This document shows, piece by piece, positions 43,886 to 53,665 of a stretch of DNA of 64,000 nucleotides. A model generated the notes under the pieces. The model ran no database searches and was not told where the DNA came from. It saw only the letters and a program-made list of their open reading frames with translations. How positions within the stretch are numbered: position 1 is the first letter of the stretch; each line of letters starts with the position of its first letter. The position numbers and the translations under genes are program-made. Source of the DNA: Alphaproteobacteria bacterium (GTDB lineage Bacteria > Pseudomonadota > Alphaproteobacteria > UBA828); contig CAXXVO010000014.1 of the NCBI GenBank assembly GCA_963422645.2, forward strand, positions 1 to 64,000, read 5' to 3'.

Positions 43886-44116
43886 GCCGCCGCGCTCGCC
43901 CAGACCGCAGGCGCCGCGGCGCTGGCCATCGAGCGCGGCCTGCTCTCGGACGCCACCGCGCTCCGCGTCATCGCCGCCGTCGCCGGGCGCCTCGGCGTCG
44001 AGATCGACGCCGACGCCGAACTCGAGGCGGCGCGCGAAGACGCCGCCGGACGGGCCGAAGAAGACGCCTTCCGCGAGCCCCCGCAGGACGAGGACGCCGA
44101 CGACGGCGAGGCGTAG
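43886..44116 (+). pseudogene. Probable portal protein C-terminal fragment
   Basis: AAALAQ..AIERGLLSDATALRVIAAVAGRLGVEID plus an acidic tail, directly upstream of the minor head gene. Confidence 0.55.
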
Positions 44117-44119
44117 CAC

Positions 44120-45058
44120 GTGGCTACCGACCGTCAGCGCGAGCGCAGGCTCAAGGGCGAGCGATCCCGCCGCGCCCGCGCCCTGCCCCGCATCCAGAAG
44201 GACACCGCCGCCGAGGTCGGCCGCATCCTCGGGCGCGCCGAGCGCGACATCCGGGCCACCCTCGCCGGCGCGCCCTCCGATTACCAGGCATGGGCGCTGC
44301 CATCCCTCCAGGCCTCCGTCCGGGACGCCCTCGACAGCCTCGGCGCAGACGCCGGGCAGGCCATGGCCGAGGGCGCAACCCGCGCCTGGGACGCCGGCAT
44401 CGATACCATGGACGCCCCCGTCGACGCCGCCATGCGCCTCGATGCCCCCGACTTCCGCATCGCCGCCGTCCTGCCCGAGGTCGACACCCGCCAGCTCCTC
44501 GCCATGCGATCCTTCCTCACCGACAGGATGAAGGACGTCTCCACGACGCTTGCCGAGCGCGTCAATACCGAACTCGGCCTCGCCATGACCGGCTCGGTCC
44601 CCGTCGGCGAGACCACCGGCCGCGTCGCCGCCATCCTCAAGAGCGGCGGCAGGTCCCGCGCCCTGACAATCGTGCGGACCGAGCTCGGCCGCGCATACTC
44701 CATGGCCGGACAGCAGCGCATGGAGCAGGCCGCCGGGATCCTGCCGGGGCTGAGGAAGCAGTGGCGACGCTCCGGAAAGCTCAGAAGCCGCATCGCCCAC
44801 GACGCCGTCGACGGACAGACCAGGGAAGCCGCCAGGCCCTTCGACGTCGGCGGCGCTTCGCTCATGTACCCCCGCGATCCCGCCGGACCCGCCGCCGAGA
44901 CGATCAACTGCGGATGCCAGTCGCTGCCATGGATGGAAAGCTGGGAGGTCGAGAACCCCGGGCGAAAGCCGTTCTCCGACGAGGAGATCGCACGCGACCC
45001 GCGGCGCGCCGATCTCGAAGGGAAGGAGGCCGGCGCGGGGACAACGCCGGCATCGTAG
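44120..45058 (+). CDS. Phage minor head / head morphogenesis protein (Mu gpF / SPP1 gp7 family)
   Basis: RALTIVRTELGRA, KQW, R..HDAVDGQ, LMYPRDP and ETINCGC. Confidence 0.88.
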   Translation: MATDRQRERRLKGERSRRARALPRIQKDTAAEVGRILGRAERDIRATLAGAPSDYQAWALPSLQASVRDALDSLGADAGQAMAEGATRAWDAGIDTMDAPVDAAMRLDAPDFRIAAVLPEVDTRQLLAMRSFLTDRMKDVSTTLAERVNTELGLAMTGSVPVGETTGRVAAILKSGGRSRALTIVRTELGRAYSMAGQQRMEQAAGILPGLRKQWRRSGKLRSRIAHDAVDGQTREAARPFDVGGASLMYPRDPAGPAAETINCGCQSLPWMESWEVENPGRKPFSDEEIARDPRRADLEGKEAGAGTTPAS

Positions 45059-45203
45059 ACCGGGCGAGGCGAAGCCCCGCGCCGCACCCCGATTTACCGG
45101 CGAATCCGCACCCCCGGAACCGCCCCGATTTACAGGCCTTTCAGCACCCCTGAAACGCCCCGAAAATCACCGTTTCCAGCCAATTCACGGCCCTTTCCGG
45201 GCC

Positions 45204-45328
45204 GGATTCGCAAAGACTTTCGTCCGGCCCGCCAGACCCCGGAAACGCCGCCAACCCCTTGACCGTCCGCCCTCTTCCGCCTTCTTCCCGGCATCTTCCG
45301 GATTCGCAATGACTTTCGTCCCCCTACA
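45204..45328 (-). repeat. Second phage end with two putative transposase-binding sites 96 bp apart
   Basis: GGATTCGCAAAGACTTTCGTCC (45204) and GGATTCGCAATGACTTTCGTCC (45300), ending in CTACA. Confidence 0.88.
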
Positions 45329-45517
45329 GACCCTGAGATCGATGCCCGGTTCGGCGGTTTCTTTACGGCGACGCGGCGCACCATCGAGGCAAGCGCGATC
45401 CGGCCGCGCCATGCCGGCTACATGACGCTCCAGGCTGCGGCCGGACCGCTGATCGAAGGCCACCTGCGCGGCGAAATCCCCGAGGCCACGGTGCTCGCCG
45501 GCCTCGGCATCGCGTGA
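45329..45517 (+). pseudogene. ABC solute-binding protein, 3' part (begins with the right GACCC copy)
   Basis: DPEIDARFGGFFTATRRTIEASAIRPRHAGY...*; continues the 39366 frame. Confidence 0.88.
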
Positions 45518-45525
45518 GAGTGAGT

Positions 45526-46386
45526 TCAGGGGGCCGCCAGCCGATTGTCGCGCGACATCTCCTGGAGCGTGTAGAGCGAGGCCTCCTTGGCAGCGTAGAG
45601 CGGAACCGGGAAGCGCCTGAATGTGAAGCGCGCTTCGTCGGCGCGACGACCTCTGACCAGACGCGTGAACGCCTCGGTTTCGTTGGTCCGGTTGTCTATA
45701 TGCAGGGGAAAACAGTCGGCCGCGCGATAGCCGATGATGAGCGTGCGGCGCGGCCTGCCCGAGCTGTTATGCACCGAAGCATGGGGTGTCATTGCGTGCT
45801 GAAAGATCGCCGTACCCGCTTTGCCCGGAAGGTTCCGGGCGCGCGTCTCGTCAATCGGCTCCGTGATGCGGCCCTGGAACACGCCCTCTGTGGTGTGGTC
45901 CATCAGGTCGGCCCGGTGCAGGCCCGGCAGGACCCTCAGGCAGCCGTTCTCCTCGTCGGCAGCGTCGAGATAGAGCAGGACCGCGAGCGCGTCGTGGTTG
46001 GTGACCGGAAAGTAGGCGACGTCCTGGTGCCAATCGACGACGGAGCCGAGCTCGGCCGGCTTCATGTTGAGCTTGCTGTAGTGAAGCAACAGGTTGGCGC
46101 CGATCAGCTGCTCGACCGCATCGAGCAACTCCGCCGATTCGGCAAAGTCCCGGAACACCGGATAGTACGCGCACGGCTCGTACATGCGCCGGATCCTGTT
46201 TCCGGCGGGATCCTGGTTCGGCTCCATCTCCACCCGTTCGGAGTCGAAGTCGGCGGCCGTCGACGCCGCGGTGAGGCGATCGGCTTCGGCGCGGAATGCG
46301 TCGATCCACTTCGGTGCCAGAAAGTCGGGCACCGTAAGGATGCCGTCCTCGTTGTAGCGACCAACCTGATCGTCGGTGAGTCTCAT
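45526..46386 (-). CDS. Phytanoyl-CoA dioxygenase (PhyH) family protein
   Basis: WHQD, ENGCL.V.PG.H and HAS..N.S..PRR. Confidence 0.92.
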   Translation of the reverse strand: MRLTDDQVGRYNEDGILTVPDFLAPKWIDAFRAEADRLTAASTAADFDSERVEMEPNQDPAGNRIRRMYEPCAYYPVFRDFAESAELLDAVEQLIGANLLLHYSKLNMKPAELGSVVDWHQDVAYFPVTNHDALAVLLYLDAADEENGCLRVLPGLHRADLMDHTTEGVFQGRITEPIDETRARNLPGKAGTAIFQHAMTPHASVHNSSGRPRRTLIIGYRAADCFPLHIDNRTNETEAFTRLVRGRRADEARFTFRRFPVPLYAAKEASLYTLQEMSRDNRLAAP

Positions 46387-46414
46387 GGCTTCGAACCTAC
46401 CTCCCCGGTGCCCC

Positions 46415-47269
46415 TCAGAGCCTGGGATAGCGCACCGGCAGTCCCGGCACGTCCACCCGTGCGGTGTGCACCGACCAGCCGCACAGGCTGGCGATGATCA
46501 GCGTCTTCATGTCCTTGCCCCCGAAGGCGACGTTGGTTGGCGCCACGAGCTCCAGCTGCTCCCAGTCGTCGATGAGAGTGATGAGTTCGCCGCCCGGTGT
46601 CAGCATGTAGATGATGCTGGGCGTGTAAAGCGAGATGTAGAGGTTGCCGTCGATGTCGAGCGCAACACCGTCGGGGACCTGCCGGGGCAGCTCGACCAGC
46701 ACCGTGCGCTCGCCCGCCGAACCGTCGGCCCGGATTTCCACCCTGGAAACGAGCGGCGGCGACGATTCAACCACATAGAGCGCCCGTCCATCCTCCGAGA
46801 GGCACATGCCGTTGGTGAAGCCGTTCGCCGAACGGTCCCAGATCTCCGCATCGCCGCCCGGACGCACGCGCCAGATGAAACCGTTCCTGGCGCGGAAGTC
46901 GCCGGAATCGGAGACGAAGAGATTGCCGTGATCGTCGAACACGGGATAGTTCGGCACCCGCATCGGCTGGTCTGCGTTGCCGCTGGCGTACACCGAGACC
47001 TCGCCACCGGGCGTGATCCTGTGGACTCGCGCGAGGCTCTCGTCGCAGGCATAGACGTTGCCATCGGCATCGTGCGCCATGCCCAGGACAAAGCCGCCCT
47101 CGACCAGGGCCGCCTGCTCGAAACTGCCGTCGTCAAGCCCCATGCGGTAGAGCTGGCCAATCTCGCCGCCCGCGTAGACCATGCCGTCCGGCCCCCAGGA
47201 GACGGCCTCGGGGTGATCCAGGTGATGCCCCAGATTGGTTAAGGTCAGCCTGTTCGTCTCGTCGGCCAC
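46415..47269 (-). CDS. SMP-30/gluconolactonase family protein
   Basis: HPE, PN, TNG, PDG and PTNVAFGG; GTG start after GGAGGAG. Confidence 0.9.
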   Translation of the reverse strand: MADETNRLTLTNLGHHLDHPEAVSWGPDGMVYAGGEIGQLYRMGLDDGSFEQAALVEGGFVLGMAHDADGNVYACDESLARVHRITPGGEVSVYASGNADQPMRVPNYPVFDDHGNLFVSDSGDFRARNGFIWRVRPGGDAEIWDRSANGFTNGMCLSEDGRALYVVESSPPLVSRVEIRADGSAGERTVLVELPRQVPDGVALDIDGNLYISLYTPSIIYMLTPGGELITLIDDWEQLELVAPTNVAFGGKDMKTLIIASLCGWSVHTARVDVPGLPVRYPRL

Positions 47270-47503
47270 GGTCGCTCTCCTCCAGGATCGCCGGCAATGG
47301 CGTGCTGACCGGCGCTTCCCGGCGCCGGTCACTCTTCCGGAACTGTCCGCTCCAGACTACCCTTCCCATCGCTATCTTGGATAGTTACGCTACTCAAGAT
47401 CAAGCGGCGGCATTCCGCAATAACAAGGGAATGTGCGAGGGAGAATGAGGGTCGCCGGCATCGCGACGGGTATGGCGGCCTGGATCACCGCTGGAATGTG
47501 CTA

Positions 47504-48280
47504 ATGGGCTTGCTCGCGGAAAACGTCGCGATCGTCACTGGCGCGGGTCAAGGGCTCGGCAGAGCAGTCTCCCTGGAGTTCAGCGACGAAGGCAGCACGG
47601 TCGCGCTGCTCGAGCGCAATCCCGAAACGCTCCACAAGGTTGCCACGGAGATCCAGGAGAAGGGCGGCGTGTGCGAGCCCTACGAGCTCGACATCACCGA
47701 CTACGACGCCTACCGCTCGGTCGTCGCCGACGTCATCGCGAGGTTCGGCAAGATCGACGCCATCGTGAACAATGCCGCGGTCACGCTGACCTACAGCACG
47801 ATTTTGGAGGACACGCTGGAGGACTGGCGCCGCACTATCGCCATCAACCTGGAGGCGGTCTACATGGGCTCCAAGCTCGTGGCGCCTCACATGGCGGAGC
47901 GGGGCAGCGGGCGCATCATCTCGATCGCTTCGGTTCAGGGTTTCGCCGCCAGCGGCGAGGTCGGACCCTACAACGCGGCCAAGGGCGGCATCATCGCGCT
48001 CACCAAGTCGATGGCGGTGGAGCTCGGCCCCAGCAATATTCTCGTTAATGCCGTGGCGCCGGGGTTCATGCGGACGCCCATGTCGATCATCGACGGCGTC
48101 GACGAGACCGAGGCGCCGGAATTTCTCGAGTGGTATGTGGAAAAGAAGAGGATACCGCTGCAGCGCACCGGCTATCCCGAAGACATGGCGGGCACGGTCG
48201 TCTTCCTCGCATCGAAGTACTGCCGCTACATGACGGGCCAGGTGCTCGTCGTCGATGGCGGCCTGACGAGCACGTTCTAG
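47504..48280 (+). CDS. Short-chain dehydrogenase/reductase
   Basis: TGAGQGLG, NNAA and YNAAK. Confidence 0.93.
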   Translation: MGLLAENVAIVTGAGQGLGRAVSLEFSDEGSTVALLERNPETLHKVATEIQEKGGVCEPYELDITDYDAYRSVVADVIARFGKIDAIVNNAAVTLTYSTILEDTLEDWRRTIAINLEAVYMGSKLVAPHMAERGSGRIISIASVQGFAASGEVGPYNAAKGGIIALTKSMAVELGPSNILVNAVAPGFMRTPMSIIDGVDETEAPEFLEWYVEKKRIPLQRTGYPEDMAGTVVFLASKYCRYMTGQVLVVDGGLTSTF

Positions 48281-48356
48281 TCTCCCTGCCGGGTTACGAC
48301 GCACCGGCAGGGAAGGGTATCTTAGCTACAATGACAAACAGGAAGGACACAGCGAC

Positions 48357-49700
48357 ATGACGAGAGACAAAGGAAGGCATTATCCGATCACTCGCCGCGG
48401 GCTCTTGCAGGGATCGGCCGCGCTCGGCGCCGGGGCAGCGCTTGGCGGTCTCATGCCATCGCTGTCGCGCGCACAGGACGCGTCGCTCACGATGTGGTGG
48501 TGGGGCGAGCAGGAATTGCCCGGACTGAAGGCCTTCGTGGACGATTCGGTCGCCAACTACACAGGGGCGACCGTCAACACCATGCTGCAAGATACTGCAG
48601 TCGTCATCTCGCAGTTCCAGACCGCTGCAGCGGCTGGCGAGGCGCCCGACATGCAGTACTTCTGGAACGGCATCTATCACATGGAGAGCGTCTGGTTCGG
48701 CTATGCCCAGCCGGTCAACGGGCTGGTCAGCGATGACTTGCTCAAGGCCACGAACCCGACGTTGCTCAGCAACTACGACGGCAACGTCTATCGCGTCGGG
48801 TGGTACCCGATTCCGATGGTCTGGTACTACAACAAAGAGCTGTTCAACAAAGCCGGCCTCAATGCCGATTCGCCGCCCTTGACCTGGGACGAGCTCCTCG
48901 ATGCCTGCGACAAGCTGAAGTCGGCCGGTATCGCGCCGATCGGCGGCGGTATCCAGGACGGCTACTGGGGCGAGTGGTATCTGGGTCACGCGCTGCCGCA
49001 GAATCTGGATAGCACCGGAGAGGCGCTCGATCTCTTTATCGGCGATCGCAGCTTCCGCGACCCCAAGTACCACGAGCACTGGACGCGCCTGCAGGAGCTC
49101 CGCGACCTAGGTTTCCTCAACAAGGACATGTCGTCGCTGGAGCTCTATCCCGGCATCGACCTGATCGTGGCGGGCGAGCTGGCCATGGGCGAATCCATCG
49201 GAACGCGCCTGCCGGCCGACAGCACGGCCACCGGCGGCCAGATCGGCTGCATGGTGATGCCGGTCTACGGCACCGGCAAGATGGCGGGCATCCCGATCCT
49301 CGACGTGCAGGGCATCGGCATTTCCACCGACTCCGAGAACCCGCAGGCGGCCGCTGCGTTCCTCGAGTACCTGCACACGCCGGAGCGGCTGCAGGCGTTC
49401 TGGGATGCCACCGGCTGGATCCCGTCGAACACCAACTTCGACGACAGCATCATCGCGGACGAAACGGTGCGCACCATGTGGCAGAACTGGGGCCTCTCCG
49501 CGAACATTCCCTATGTCGCCAACCTAACGCCGGGCCAGTTCTACGAGCAGGCGCTGATCCCGGCGGGCCAGCAGGTCGTCGAAGGCACGTTGACCGGCGA
49601 GGAGGCGGGCGATCTCGCAGCCCGTGTGGTCGAGGAGTGGCGTTCGTTCAATCCGGACCTGGTCGAGAAGTATCAGAAATGGGCGATGGACCTGACATAG
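48357..49700 (+). CDS. Sugar ABC solute-binding protein (Tat signal)
   Basis: TRRGLL, YYNKELF.KAG and TWDEL. Confidence 0.9.
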   Translation: MTRDKGRHYPITRRGLLQGSAALGAGAALGGLMPSLSRAQDASLTMWWWGEQELPGLKAFVDDSVANYTGATVNTMLQDTAVVISQFQTAAAAGEAPDMQYFWNGIYHMESVWFGYAQPVNGLVSDDLLKATNPTLLSNYDGNVYRVGWYPIPMVWYYNKELFNKAGLNADSPPLTWDELLDACDKLKSAGIAPIGGGIQDGYWGEWYLGHALPQNLDSTGEALDLFIGDRSFRDPKYHEHWTRLQELRDLGFLNKDMSSLELYPGIDLIVAGELAMGESIGTRLPADSTATGGQIGCMVMPVYGTGKMAGIPILDVQGIGISTDSENPQAAAAFLEYLHTPERLQAFWDATGWIPSNTNFDDSIIADETVRTMWQNWGLSANIPYVANLTPGQFYEQALIPAGQQVVEGTLTGEEAGDLAARVVEEWRSFNPDLVEKYQKWAMDLT

Positions 49701-49792
49701 GTCCATTGCCAGTCGTGCCGGGGGCGTGCGCTGCGCGCTCCCGGCGCGTTCGCCCTGCCTGAGTACGGTCAGCCGATAGGGGCTACGGCGCT

Positions 49793-50674
49793 TTGCACTC
49801 TTCCCGCAGGCTGACCCCCTTTCTGTTCGTCCTGCCGCTTCTGGCGCTGCTCGCCTTCGTCTTCGGTTATCCGCTTGTCCGCATCTTCGAGTTCAGCTTC
49901 AAGATGGTGCGCGGGATCGACGGTCCGTGGATCGGCGTGCGCAACTACGAGCTCGTGTTGGGCCAGCCGCTCTTCTGGGAGACGGTCACCCACAACCTGA
50001 TGCTTCTGATCGCGATCCCGGTGATGGTGGTCCTGGCGCTCCTCATCTCGATCGTGCTCTATGAGCGCGTGCACGGCTGGAAGATTTACCGTGTCATTCT
50101 CTTCCTGCCTTTCGTCCTGGCGGTCCCCATTATCGCCATCGTGCTCAAGAAGATGTTCCAGTTCTCGGGCCCAGTGAACCAGGTCCTGCACTGGCTCAGC
50201 CTCGACTTCTTGGTGCTCGACTGGATCGGCTCCACCGATGTTGCATTGTGGACCGTGATCCTGGTCATCATCTGGCGCGAGTCCGCGCTCGGCATCATCC
50301 TCTTTCTCGCGCGGCTGCTCAGCCTCGATGAATCCCTGTTGGAGGCGGCCAGGATCGAAGGCGCCAATTGGTGGCAGCGCGTCTGGTACGTGATCCTGCC
50401 CCAGATGAAAGGCGTCATCGAATTCTTCGTCGTCGTCAGCATCATCACCATGCTGGCGGCGGTCTTCGCCTACATCTACATGATCGGCGGCGGGCGCGGC
50501 GGACCGGGCACCTCGACCTGGGTCCTCGAGCTCTACATCTTCAATGCGCTGATTCGCACCAGCCTGCCCGGCATTGCGTCTGCGGTCGCGGTCATGGTGT
50601 TCGTGGTCTCGATTCTGCTCATCTTCCCCCTGTTCGCTGCACGGCGGAGGGCACGTGAAGACGAAATGGATTGA
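49793..50674 (+). CDS. Carbohydrate ABC permease
   Basis: EAARIEGA; transmembrane helices. Confidence 0.9.
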   Translation: MHSSRRLTPFLFVLPLLALLAFVFGYPLVRIFEFSFKMVRGIDGPWIGVRNYELVLGQPLFWETVTHNLMLLIAIPVMVVLALLISIVLYERVHGWKIYRVILFLPFVLAVPIIAIVLKKMFQFSGPVNQVLHWLSLDFLVLDWIGSTDVALWTVILVIIWRESALGIILFLARLLSLDESLLEAARIEGANWWQRVWYVILPQMKGVIEFFVVVSIITMLAAVFAYIYMIGGGRGGPGTSTWVLELYIFNALIRTSLPGIASAVAVMVFVVSILLIFPLFAARRRAREDEMD

Positions 50675-50701
50675 GCGGGAGCGGCAGGCGGGAGCCGGGC
50701 C

Positions 50702-51517
50702 ATGACGCCCGGTCGCGCCCTCCAGCAAGGCATCCTGTTCACCGCCGCGTTCATCGCACTCGTGCCGACGATCTACATGATCTCGACCGCGCTGAAGTCG
50801 CAGGAAGAGTATGTCCTCGACAAGATCGGCTTCCCGGCCGAGCCTGTGCTCGATCACTTCAAGTCCGCACTCATCGACAGCCCCTTCCTGTTGTGGATGG
50901 CGAACAGCGTGACGCTGGTCGTGGGCGCCGTCGGCCTGAGCACGATCGTCTCCTGTCTCGGTGCTTACGCCATCGCGCGGATGCGGTTCGCCGGCAAAGA
51001 CACGCTGTTTGCCGCCAGCACCTCGCTCATGGCGGTGCCGCCGGTGGTCATGATCGTGCCGCTCTTCGTGCTCTACACCCAGCTCGACCTGATCAGCACC
51101 TTCCATGGCGCGATCCTGATCTATGCCGGCCTGATCACGCCGTTTTCCGTCTACCTGCTGACCACCTTCTTCCGCACCTTGCCCAGGGAGCTCTTCGAAT
51201 CCGCGCGCATCGACGGCGCCCGCGATTTCGGCATCCTGTGGCGGATTGTTGTGCCACTGTCGCTGCCGGCGCTGCTGACGCTCGTCGTGGTCAACTCCCT
51301 CTTCGTCTGGAACGATCTGCTGATCGCCATCATCTTCCTGCAGGACGATTCGAGCCGGACCCTGATGGCTGGCCTCAGCGTCTTCCAGGGCCGCTACAAC
51401 AACCAGATTCCGCTCACCATGGCAGGCATGGTGATTGCCAGCGCGCCCATGGTGATGCTCTACATTGCGTTTCAGAGGTACTTCGTCCGCGGCCTCATGG
51501 CCGGCACTCTCAAGTAG
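50702..51517 (+). CDS. Carbohydrate ABC permease
   Basis: ESARIDGA, WND and FQRYFVRG. Confidence 0.92.
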   Translation: MTPGRALQQGILFTAAFIALVPTIYMISTALKSQEEYVLDKIGFPAEPVLDHFKSALIDSPFLLWMANSVTLVVGAVGLSTIVSCLGAYAIARMRFAGKDTLFAASTSLMAVPPVVMIVPLFVLYTQLDLISTFHGAILIYAGLITPFSVYLLTTFFRTLPRELFESARIDGARDFGILWRIVVPLSLPALLTLVVVNSLFVWNDLLIAIIFLQDDSSRTLMAGLSVFQGRYNNQIPLTMAGMVIASAPMVMLYIAFQRYFVRGLMAGTLK

Positions 51518-51528
51518 CGGATGCGCTT

Positions 51529-52542
51529 ATGACCGGAACAGGGCAGGACGACCCGGTGGTGCTCGAAGGCGGCTCGCTCTCGGTCGTCGTCGACCCGCTG
51601 ATCGGCGGCACCATTCTCTCCGTCACCCACAAGGGCTTGGGCGCAGCGGTTCTGGGCCGGGCGCCCTGGGATGCGCTGCGCGTGCCCTACGTCTCGACAA
51701 CGCCGGCGGACGAGCTCGGCTGGCTCACGCACTATGGCGGCGGCTGGCCGCTCCTGTTTCCCAACGGCGGCGCCGGCTGCACCTTCGAGGGCGTGCAGCA
51801 CGGCTTCCATGGCGAGGCGTCGCGCGCCCCCTGGCGGGCCGAGACAGGCGACGGCGCCCTTCGCCTTGTCCGCCGGTTCTTCACCGTGCCGGTGACGATG
51901 GAACGCACGATTGCAATCGAGGACGACGTGCTCGTCGTCGACGAGACCGTCCGCATGGAGGGCGCCCGGCCGGCGCGGGTGCTGTGGAATCACCACCCCA
52001 CCTTCGGGGCGGATCTTCTGGCAGACGACTTCACGATCGAGACGTCGGCCGGCTCCGTCACGGTCGACGATGCCTACGATCCGGCAGCCAATCCGCTGCG
52101 ACCGGGCGCCACCGGGACGTGGCCCACCGTGCCCGGCAAGGCGGGACCCTATGACTTGAGCCGGCCCAAGGCGCCGGCCGCGTCAGTCGCTTACCTGAGC
52201 GACTTCGACCGTCCATGGGTCTCACTGCGTCGGCTCGACGGCATGATCGGCGCCGCACTGTCATGGGACTCCGCTCTCTTTCCATACGCCTGGCTATGGC
52301 TCGAGCTCGCCGGCAACCGCGAGGCGCCCTGGCATGGCCGGGCCCACCTGATCGGCGTCGAGCCCAGCACCTCCTGGCCCGCGACCGGCCTCGCCGACAT
52401 TGACCGGCGCGGTGGGCCGCTGCTGACTCTCGAGCCCGGGGACGTCATCAGCACGACGCTTCGTCTCCACGTGTTTCAGCCGCAAGGCCCGGTCCGGGGC
52501 GTGGACGCCGGGGGCCGGGCCATGTTCGATCGGGACCAGTGA
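51529..52542 (+). CDS. Aldose 1-epimerase-like (galactose mutarotase fold) protein
   Basis: YGGGW..LFPN, FHGE, HHPTFG and GVEP. Confidence 0.8.
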   Translation: MTGTGQDDPVVLEGGSLSVVVDPLIGGTILSVTHKGLGAAVLGRAPWDALRVPYVSTTPADELGWLTHYGGGWPLLFPNGGAGCTFEGVQHGFHGEASRAPWRAETGDGALRLVRRFFTVPVTMERTIAIEDDVLVVDETVRMEGARPARVLWNHHPTFGADLLADDFTIETSAGSVTVDDAYDPAANPLRPGATGTWPTVPGKAGPYDLSRPKAPAASVAYLSDFDRPWVSLRRLDGMIGAALSWDSALFPYAWLWLELAGNREAPWHGRAHLIGVEPSTSWPATGLADIDRRGGPLLTLEPGDVISTTLRLHVFQPQGPVRGVDAGGRAMFDRDQ

Positions 52543-53654
52543 TGAAGATCGCCGACCTTTCCGCCTTCGTGCTCCGGCTGCCGCATGTCACCGATGCCTG
52601 CGACGGCAGTCAGGACACCTGTCTCATTCGCATCACCACGGAATCGGGCCTGATCGGCTGGGGCGAGGTCGATTCCTGTCCGACCGTCGTGAAGGCGGTG
52701 ATCGATGCACCGCTCTCGCACCAGATCTGCAACGGGCTCGGCAACATCCTGAAGGGCCGCGACGCAGACGATATCGAGGGGTGCATGCGCGCGATGTACG
52801 ACGGCGCCAACTATTACGGGCGCGTCGGCGTTGGCGCCCACGCCATGGCCGGGGTCAACATCGCGCTCTGGGACATTGCCGGCAAGGCCGCGGGCAAGCC
52901 GGTCCGCGCGCTTCTGGGGTCCGCCGGCCCGACACGCTTCAGGGCCTATTGTTCGATTCTCTTCGGCGATACGCCGGCCGAGACCCGCGACCTCGCCCGT
53001 CGCCATGCCGACATGGGCTTCACCGCCATCAAGTTCGGCTGGGGGCCGATGGGTCAGGACGAAAAGGCCGATATCGCGCTCGTGCGCGAGGCCCGGCGCG
53101 GGGCCGGCGACGACGTCGACATCCTGATCGATGCAGGTCAGGTGTGGGACTGGCAGACGGCGCTCACGCGCGCCCGCCAGTTCGAGGAGTTCCGTCCCTT
53201 CCTTCTCGAAGAGCCGCTGCAGCCGGAGGACATCGATGGCTACCGCCGGTTGACCGCCGAAAGCCCGATCCCGATCGCGACCGGGGAGGCGGAGTCGGAG
53301 CTGGAGGCCTTCCAGCGCCTGGTCAGCGACGGCGGGCTAGACTGGATCCAGCCCGATCCGGGCCGCTGCGGCATTTCTACGTTCGTCGCCGCCGGCCGCT
53401 ATGCCGGCGAGCACGGGGCCAGGGTCGCCAACCACAGCTTCAAGAGCGGCATCACCATCGCAGCGTCTCTTCATGCACTCGCCGCCGTGCCCAGCGGCGA
53501 GATCTTCGAATACTGCATGTCGGAATCGCCGCTGCGCCACGAGGTCACCAGGGAGTCCTTCGATCTCGTCGACGGCTTCGTCGCCGTGCCCGACGAGCCC
53601 GGTCTCGGCGTCACCATCAACCCGAAGACCCTGGAGACCTACCGCGTCGCCTAG
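52539..53654 (+). CDS. Mandelate racemase / muconate lactonising enzyme family protein
   Basis: ALWDIAGK, KFGW, D/E/E metal ligands, QPD and PGLG. Confidence 0.92.
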   Translation: MMKIADLSAFVLRLPHVTDACDGSQDTCLIRITTESGLIGWGEVDSCPTVVKAVIDAPLSHQICNGLGNILKGRDADDIEGCMRAMYDGANYYGRVGVGAHAMAGVNIALWDIAGKAAGKPVRALLGSAGPTRFRAYCSILFGDTPAETRDLARRHADMGFTAIKFGWGPMGQDEKADIALVREARRGAGDDVDILIDAGQVWDWQTALTRARQFEEFRPFLLEEPLQPEDIDGYRRLTAESPIPIATGEAESELEAFQRLVSDGGLDWIQPDPGRCGISTFVAAGRYAGEHGARVANHSFKSGITIAASLHALAAVPSGEIFEYCMSESPLRHEVTRESFDLVDGFVAVPDEPGLGVTINPKTLETYRVA

Positions 53655-53665
53655 CCGGGGGCGGC

